From positions 1 to 40,604 of the forward strand of contig JAUCBJ010000431.1 of NCBI GenBank assembly GCA_032718475.1: a DNA stretch of 40,604 nucleotides, given 5' to 3'. Position 1 is the stretch's first letter. Each line of letters starts with the position of its first letter. Below the pieces are notes generated by a model. It searched no databases and was not told the DNA's origin. It worked only from the letters and a program-made list of their open reading frames with translations. Source of the stretch: Nemertoderma westbladi (Eukaryota > Animalia > Xenacoelomorpha). Below, piece after piece: positions 32,980 to 40,604 of this stretch. The position numbers were made by a program, and so were the translations under genes.

Positions 32980-34590
32980 ATGAGTAGATCGGGAAGTGCT
33001 GGAAACCGAGAGAATGAAGGACCGACTTACGAGCAGGTTGAGGGTACGAAAGCGATCGCGATACCAACGGGGCCCCCGTCCCGGGGTGACCCCGGGGAAA
33101 CCGCTGCCCGTCGGAGCGTCAGTCGCGACTCGGAGGTGTCCTCCGACAGTCGGAAGAAGAGATCCGGCACGCCAACGTCGGACCAATTCGTTAGCCTCGA
33201 CCCGGCTCCGGTTCCGCAGGAGCCAGAGCCAGAAGAAGGCGAAGGATACGACACGGATTTGGAGTTGCCAGGTGACACTGACACATACGATATGTCCGGT
33301 AAAACCGTCTACCTACAGGCCTGTAAGAAGTTCAATGTTGTGCCTGTCTCATTTTTTATTCGTCACATGTTCGACGAGGAATTAATTCTCAGACATCATG
33401 GATTGGGTCCGACAGGGGCCAGCGCTGTCGCTGTTGCTATGGTGAGCAACACCAATGTTCTCAAGATGGACATCAGCGATAATTGGTTGCAAGCTGAAGG
33501 CGCTAAGGCTATGGCTGATATGCTACAGGAAAATTGTTATGTGGCCGATTTAAATCTTTCAGACAACAGGATTGGCCACGAGGGTCTACACGCGATCGCG
33601 GCTACTATAATCAACAATCCTAATATTTCTCATTTAACTTTATCGGGAAACCAGTTAGATGATAACGATAGCGAAGCTCTTGCAGAGGCCATCCTGAACA
33701 ACAACAAGCTGGAGTACCTCGACATCAGTCACAACAATTTCTCGCACTTCTCGGGCGACATTCTTGGGAACGCAATCGCCGAGAACACGTCCATCAAGCA
33801 CATGGACATGAGTTGGAACAATCTGACTGGGAAAGGAGCCGTAATGTTCGCAAAAGGAGTAAAAAATAACATTATCATAAAAAGGTTGAATCTTGAGATG
33901 AACGGATTCAGTAACGACGGATGTAAAGAGATGGGCGAAGCTCTAAAAATTAATTCAACTCTAGAGGAGTTGAATCTTTCTAACAATCGGATTAACACTG
34001 AAGGCGCTGTTCTTTTAAGTAAAGGCATGATGATCAACGAGAATCTAAAGGTGTTGCGGATAGGGAAGAATCCCCTGGATTCAGCGGGTTGCTACGGTTG
34101 TCTCCGGACGGTCCACGATAACATTAACTCGGCCATCGAAGAACTCGACTTCGCGGATGTAGAATGCAACGACGACTTCGAGGAGTTGCTCGCGTCCGTA
34201 AAGGAGATCAAACCGGATCTCGTGATTCGCAGAGGATTGCGAGAGAAGCCGGTGAGGTCGAGCACTTTGGTGACGCCTTTGGCGAAATTACAACAGAATG
34301 TGGAAAAACATAACGTAGATCTTCTGCCCCATTTCCAACAGTTCGATAAAGGTAACAGCGGATCCATCCAGAAGGAAGATTTTATTTCCGCCATAAAAGC
34401 GTCGGGAACTCAATATACCAAAGACGAGGCTGAAACAGTAGTGAGAGGGGCAGACATAGAAGGTACTGGATCCATTGACTACAATGAATTCGTAGCTACT
34501 TTAAAAGAAAGAGCTGCCGAGGAACAATTCGATACTATGAAACAGGTAGTGGTTGAATCGTGGAAGGATTTACTAATACAAAGTAATTAA
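32980..34590 (+). CDS. LRRC74A/B-like leucine-rich-repeat protein (RI-like 28-aa LRRs) with a C-terminal EF-hand pair, 536 aa, single exon
   Basis: YLQACKKFNVVPVSFF..LILRHHGLGPTGA N-cap, about eight 28-aa LRRs (LxxLxLSxNxI), EF loops DKGNSGSIQKED and DIEGTGSIDYNE; uninterrupted ORF; AATAAA motifs at ~34625-34667. Confidence 0.88.
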   Translation: MSRSGSAGNRENEGPTYEQVEGTKAIAIPTGPPSRGDPGETAARRSVSRDSEVSSDSRKKRSGTPTSDQFVSLDPAPVPQEPEPEEGEGYDTDLELPGDTDTYDMSGKTVYLQACKKFNVVPVSFFIRHMFDEELILRHHGLGPTGASAVAVAMVSNTNVLKMDISDNWLQAEGAKAMADMLQENCYVADLNLSDNRIGHEGLHAIAATIINNPNISHLTLSGNQLDDNDSEALAEAILNNNKLEYLDISHNNFSHFSGDILGNAIAENTSIKHMDMSWNNLTGKGAVMFAKGVKNNIIIKRLNLEMNGFSNDGCKEMGEALKINSTLEELNLSNNRINTEGAVLLSKGMMINENLKVLRIGKNPLDSAGCYGCLRTVHDNINSAIEELDFADVECNDDFEELLASVKEIKPDLVIRRGLREKPVRSSTLVTPLAKLQQNVEKHNVDLLPHFQQFDKGNSGSIQKEDFISAIKASGTQYTKDEAETVVRGADIEGTGSIDYNEFVATLKERAAEEQFDTMKQVVVESWKDLLIQSN

Positions 34591-35499
34591 AATAAGATAG
34601 AAAGTAAAGATGTGTTACATGAATAATAAAAAGGACATCGAAAAAGAGTAATTTAAAATAAATAAAATGAAAACCCATAATTTTTGTATAATTTTGCCCT
34701 CATTTACCAATATTACATTTTATCACGTTGTGCTAAGTTCAGTACAAATTGGTTAGGTTAGTGCGAGAAAGATCTTTGGCTACAAACAATCGAGATCGAG
34801 TAGTCGGTATTGGCTGTTAATTTGACCCCACATTGAACTTGTAGCTTACACTCAATACATAGTGATTCTTACGGTCTATTCAATAATAATAACTAATTAA
34901 TTATCCTTTTTATTGGAATGATTTATTATATAATTAGACATGTAATGTAATATCAGGTATGCCTCAGAATGCATCTAAAATTACTGAATCATATCTGCAA
35001 AATCTTGTATTTATAATACGATTTAATCTATAATAATAGGTTTATTTCCAATTAACTTTTTATTATCACTATTCTCCTACTGTATTAGTAGTCTACTGTA
35101 TTACTATTCCACTAATTGCTTCTACTGGATTAATTAAGACATAAGAATAAACAAAATCATCGCACTTTAGCGGTGCGAGGGACATTTTTTTAATTAAAAT
35201 GCAACTTCTTCATTAAGCTTTATTTACATCTTGTAACCTGTTTTCTTGGAATGAGCAAGTTAAAGAGTTTTAAAAAAATTCGAGCAGATTTTTTGTTTAG
35301 TACTTTTCAAGGAAAATACTGCTATTTTTGACATAATTTCAAATTTTCAAATAAAACACGTTTATTTTTTGTAAAAATAATAAATTAACATATAAACATT
35401 TGCAAAACTAGAAAAAAAAGTGCTCAAATTTTATTTGTAGAAACAACTATAACTGCAAGCATTATTTGTAATGTTGAAATATGGCGAAGCAGCTTGAAT

Positions 35500-38400
35500 T
35501 AGAGGTAGAAGGTCATGAAGAGGTAGAATGTGTATAAGGTCATGTCTTCAGAATCAGCTTGGGACATGTTTTTTCGATGGATTAGGGCATAATATTCACA
35601 AAAAATTAGAAATTTTAGTCCAAATTCATCAGCAGCAAGCAAAGAAACTGAGCGGTACCCACAATGCACTTTATGATCATTTTGCTTGCATACCAACTTC
35701 TTATGGTCGTATTGACTTGATTTTGGTTTCATTTGAATCGCAATGGTCGATTTAGTAAGGGATGGGTAGATGTCACCATTTAGTCATTAAACACTATATT
35801 TCTTAAGATATGGGTCATATGCCATAAAATTTTCATTTTTATTTCGTTTCGATTCGATTTGCATCAGATCTTATCAGTAGCACTGCAATGCTTTATACTA
35901 TACAATTGTATTTTTTTATCGATTTTTTATTTTTTTTATTTATTTATTTATTTTTTTGTTTCTTTGCCGAAGAATTTGTAAATATCACTTGCATTCATGA
36001 AATTTCATCAGTCGAAAATGTTGAATTATTCCCATTCTCCTATAACTACACAGGTCAAGATTTGATCTTTATACACATTATGGATGTCAGTCATCTGGAA
36101 AAGGGTATTTTTCGTTGTTGCCTAGTTGTTTTTTTATAGTACCCTATGTCAGTATGTACCATACTTTCTTGACTTTTATAGGCCTATCCCAGATTGTGGC
36201 ACACATGCTATTTTGTTGGTACAGATCTGATTGATTACTTATTCATAATGACTGTATGGATGGATGGATGTCTTGGACAGTGACAGCTTTGTTACTTATT
36301 ATCTGGAAAATATCATCATGAGAAGGACGTTTGATTTGTTCTCTGTTGCTTTTAGAAGCAACGTGGCTCTCATCCTGATAATAAATAACACAGCTGGATT
36401 CTCAACCATCCCCTCATGGGAAATCTTCATGAGCCGAAACAAATCTAGTCTGGCAATAACATCAGACTTATGAGAACGTTTGGAAAAAGCCTTTGTGACT
36501 TTTCAGAATTGATTCATGCTCATCAAGTGAGGTGCATGGTCCATATTTTACAATCTTAAAGAAGCTTCATAGTGTAATCATTGTGAGTTAGTGTGTAATC
36601 ATGTAATCACAGTGAGATGATATGCCTATTTTATTTAGAAGCCTCTGTTTCTGGAGAGCTTTTTGGCTTTGAGACAATCTATCCTCCCTCTCACGGAGAA
36701 TGGATCAAATTTGTCGAGAAATTCTTTCAACAATGCCTTTTCAGCCTGATATACAGTACTGTAAAACCATATCAGTGCGAATCCCTTAGCAGTGAAATTG
36801 GCATCTCAAAATTTTAATACTACCGCCAAGTGTCTAAATTTGGCAAGATCCCTCTCAGCTTCAATATTATAACGAACCTGCCTATTAATAGGCCAGGGTA
36901 GTTTTTGTCAAGAGTTGAGCCGTTCAAAAACACGATGTGGTTATGTGTATATATGTATAACCATCCAATATCTCAAAAACTCAAGCAGGTACGCAAAAAT
37001 GTTAATAACAAACTCTACATAAATTTTGGTTGCGCACAAGACTGTATATTTTTTGTGGCGTTTCGATCACGGGATCACTGAAAAATAGCGGTTTTGAAAA
37101 TTTAATGTCGAATTTCACCGATTTCAACTCGTCGAGTATGCACAAACTTTTTTATTTGGGCTATTCAGTCACTTGAGCAACATATTAGAGCCTCAGAATC
37201 TTTTCAAATATCGCCAATCTCGCACAGAACGTCGCCAAAATGTGTTAGTCCGGCAAAAAAACGCACTAATTCGTCTAAAAGAGTAAATTATTTGGTTGCA
37301 GAATAATATGATTCAACTAGAAAAGCCATCCAGCTGGCTGTAAGGAGACCGTCCATATAGACAAACGTAGTGTAGTTGGGTCCCTCATCATTCATTATCA
37401 TCAACCTATAAACCATTTTAGCGGCCCAGTACAGTGCTTACAATTCAATTACCTGGCCTCCCATCTAACATAGCAGTGAGTAAGTAACCTTATAGATGAT
37501 TGTTATGAATTCACTGGGAAGAGCTATTTATCTGATGCATTATACAAACTTACAGTTGATGTTTGATTACTGTCTGGGTTAGAGTGAGATAAGTAATAAA
37601 TTTGGCAAATAATATACTTCTCTGCAGTTTGGGCTATCCATTCAATAAATAGTAGTAGCTTACTAGGCCCACATGAGTACCAACCCCTGATGGTGTTTCT
37701 ATCGTTGATTTGATGGCAATTATCGTGTTTTCATTTTCGCTCATTCAGGGTACTTGTTTGAGGGGCAGGTTCGTTTAAAGCCAGCTTTCTGGCTTTCTAG
37801 TGTCTTGGAAGTTCTATCAGATCTTCAGGATCAATCCTAAACAATTCAGTATCTCGTGGTTTCTCCCCTGCCTCTTTGGAAAATCCATATTCTCGACTAC
37901 ACTGTAGATGAATTACCTCAGCCCTCAGCTGCATGGAGGCACATTTTATGCATAATGGCCTTATCAAAATCAGTTTGGGGATTTCTTACAGGATTTCTTG
38001 TCTTGGCCAGATTGTTCAAAACAGTTAAAGCAAAGGCAATGTAAAGAATGCAAGTAATGCAATGGGAGCTCTGTAAGGAAAAATTCACAGCTGATATATA
38101 GATTGCATGCATCCACAAGTAAGTTTGTCTTGTACGTCTCTTGGAGAAGCATCTGCAGCAATGGAGGGCATGAAGAAAAGAGGCTGAGACATAGCCAAGC
38201 TTTGTAAAGCGTCGATCATGATACAATGTCATATGTTTTACTTGGCCTTCACGTTCTACTCTACAATAAGGTCAGAATTGGCTGACTTGTCTTGAGTGAC
38301 AAGTTTAATGCCAGCAATCAGTAAAGCTTTCTTACCCCTAAAAAAAGGCATAAAAGATGGATTTATTGCCTCTAACCTCTTAACTTTACAGATAACTCAA

Positions 38401-38921
38401 GCGAGATAATACACAATACAGTAATATTTAAATTATCCAATCCTTCTACAGTATGACCTCATTAGGCATCACTAGATTCTAGATTCGGCATCAGAGGAAT
38501 TTTCTGAATCGAATGACATCTCACATGCCCATATAAATTAGCCTTTTAAAGTTTATTTTTTTAAGTCAGAATTATAGTAAACATAAGATAAATTTTGTTA
38601 AATCTACCATAACTTAAGAAATGTGGTGTTTAATGACTAGATGGTGACATCTACCGACACTAAATCGACCATTGCGATTCAAATGAGTCCAAAATCAAGT
38701 CAATACGACCATAAGAAGTTGGTATACAAGCAAAATTATCATAAATCCATTATCGCTCGAGCGCATTGTGGGTACCGCTCAGTTTTTCTGCTTGCTGCTG
38801 ATGAATTTGGACTAAAATTTCAATTTTTTTGTGAATATTATGCCCTAATCCATCGAAAAAACATGTCCCAAGCTGATTTGGAGAGCATCACCAAATATCT
38901 GACCCATACCCCCTACCTCTA
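35500..38921 (-). mobile_element. Decayed hATw-like DNA transposon, 3422 bp, ~310-bp imperfect inverted ends, 7-bp TSD CTTGAAT
   Basis: cttgaat|TAGAGGTAG ... CTACCTCTA|cttgaat; ~35535-35815 is inverted at ~38607-38880; internal transposase remnants on the minus strand. Confidence 0.8.
37918..38232 (-). pseudogene. Transposase remnant of the hATw-like element
   Basis: TLYHDRRFTKLGYVSASFLHAL, then a frameshift to LQMLLQETYKTNLLVDACNLYISCEFFLTEL; resembles the YQERRFTKLGY block I recall from this family. Confidence 0.6.
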
Positions 38922-39293
38922 CTTGAATTAAATGAAAAAAAAAATGGAATTCCAAGATAGACCTATAAATGTCGGAACCTTCCATGTCTGTTAATCTCTC
39001 AATAAGAAAGCAAACAAACGATTAAACGTTTTACTACATAGGTTGTCCTGTTTGCTAGTTTCATTTACGAGTCAGATTGCACATTTGCTGACTTCCAAGT
39101 TCTCTGTCAGTTATAAATTGACGGACAGTCCGACACAACGCCGTCAAATTTTAAAAATGACATCGGAATTGTAATCATCGACCAAGAAAACCCCATAAGA
39201 AATTCTTACCCGAATTGCAGTGTGCTTTCTATAGTATATTGAAGGACAGACAGACCGTCAGCGAACCATATCTCGAGAAACAAATAAGTGGCT

Positions 39294-39575
39294 AAAGTAA
39301 AAAAAAGTAAATTTTCTTCGGACAATAGGCCAGGGATTACGCACAAAGTCTCACGATTTATTTCCAGTGCGCCCCAGAACTTTACTCCCCAGAGGAAATT
39401 CCAGTACTCATTTAGCTACCACTTAAGGATGCAAGGCAGAGGTGCCCTGGCGCCCTGGCTGGTCCCTTTAAAGCATTCGTGCCGAAACGAAAACTGCCCT
39501 GGTCCATGTGAGGATCGAACCCACGACCTACGGGAGATGCGAATTCAATGCAACCACTACACCAAGGTGGAACCC
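39294..39575 (-). mobile_element. tRNA-derived SINE with Nin/Deu-like central core
   Basis: Minus strand: A box TGGTGTAGTGG, B box GGTTCGATCC, core AAATGAGTACTGGAATTTCCTCTGGGGAGTAAAG, (TTTAC)-type tail. Confidence 0.75.
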
Positions 39576-39630
39576 TGTGGCTGAGTCTGGAGTTTTTAAC
39601 TGCCCGGTGAACTTTGCTGAAAAAATTGTT

Positions 39631-40604
39631 TTCTTAATCGATTAAGAATACCAGAGGGTCCTAGTTGGCAGAAATTAATCGATTAATGAATACCAGATGG
39701 TCCTAGTTGGCAGAAATTAATCGATTAAGAATACCAGATGGTCCTAGTTGGCAGAAATTAATCGATTAAGAATACCATATGGTGCTAGTTGGCAGAAATT
39801 AATCGATTAAGAATACCAGATGGTCCTAGTTGGCAGAAATTAATCGATTAAGAATACCAGATGGTCCTAGTTGGCAGAAATTAATCGATTAAGAATACCA
39901 GATGGTCCTAGTTGGCAGAAATTAATCGATTAAGAATACCAGATGGTCCTAGTTGGCAGAAATTAATCGATTAAGAATACCAGATGGTTCTAGTTGGCAG
40001 AAATTAATCGATTAAGAATACCAGATGGACCTAGTTAGTAGAAATTAATCGATTAAGAATACCAGATGGTCCTAGTTGGCAGAAATTAATCGATTAAGAA
40101 TACCAGATGGTCCTAGTTGGCAGAAATTATTGATAAGAATACCAGATGGTTCTAGTTGGCAGAAATTAATCGATTAAGAATACCAGATGGTCCTAGTTGG
40201 CAGACATTAATCGATTAAGAATACCAGATGGTCCTAGTTGGTAGAAATTAATCGATTAAGAATACCAGAGGGTCCTAGTTGGCAGAAATTAATCGATTAA
40301 GAATACCAGATGGTTCTAGTTGGCATAAATTAATCGATTAAGAATACCAGATGGTCCTAGTTGGCAGAAATTAATCGATTAAGAATACCAGATGGTCCTA
40401 GTGGCAGAATTATCCGATAAGAATACCAGATGGTCCTAGTGGCAGAAATTAATCGATTAAGAATACCATATGGTCCTAGTTGGCAGAAATTAATCGATTA
40501 AGAATACCAGATGGTCCTAGTTGGCAGAAATTAATCGATTAAGAATACCAGATGGTCCTAGTGGCAGAATTATATCGATTAAGAATACCAGATGGTCCTA
40601 GTTG
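39631..40604. repeat. 41-bp satellite, at least 23 copies, AATTAATCGATTAAGAATACCAGATGGTCCTAGTTGGCAGA; runs off the window
   Basis: Period 41 (tcgatt at 39721 and 39762); each unit carries the palindrome TTAATCGATTAA. Confidence 0.97.

Noticed and set aside
35499-38931. Similar ORFs at 35499-35732 (-) and 38641-38931 (+)
   Set aside because: Mirror translations of the transposon's inverted ends.
39490-39575. tRNA gene
   Set aside because: A and B boxes are present but there is no acceptor stem or cloverleaf, and it continues into a SINE core and tail.

Overview
Repeat-rich eukaryotic (probably invertebrate animal) DNA. Left to right: a decayed hAT-superfamily transposase (-); an RTE-X-like LINE fragment cut off by a ~16 kb BEL/Pao LTR retrotransposon (-, 4827-20854); a 7.1 kb 31-bp satellite; a 2.4 kb 46-bp satellite; a piggyBac-like MITE; a TA-flanked foldback element; one intact intronless LRRC74-like LRR/EF-hand gene; a decayed hATw-like transposon with a 7-bp TSD; a tRNA-headed SINE; and a 41-bp satellite running off the end. 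The best candidate for a new system is in the BEL element. It has no tRNA-type (TGG) primer-binding site. Instead, the 12 nt abutting the 5' LTR are the exact reverse complement of a 12-mer inside the LTR, the geometry expected for Tf1-like self-priming. That 12-mer sits directly beside a 46/56-bp block that is unrelated between the two otherwise near-identical LTRs. All calls were made by eye, with no database searches.
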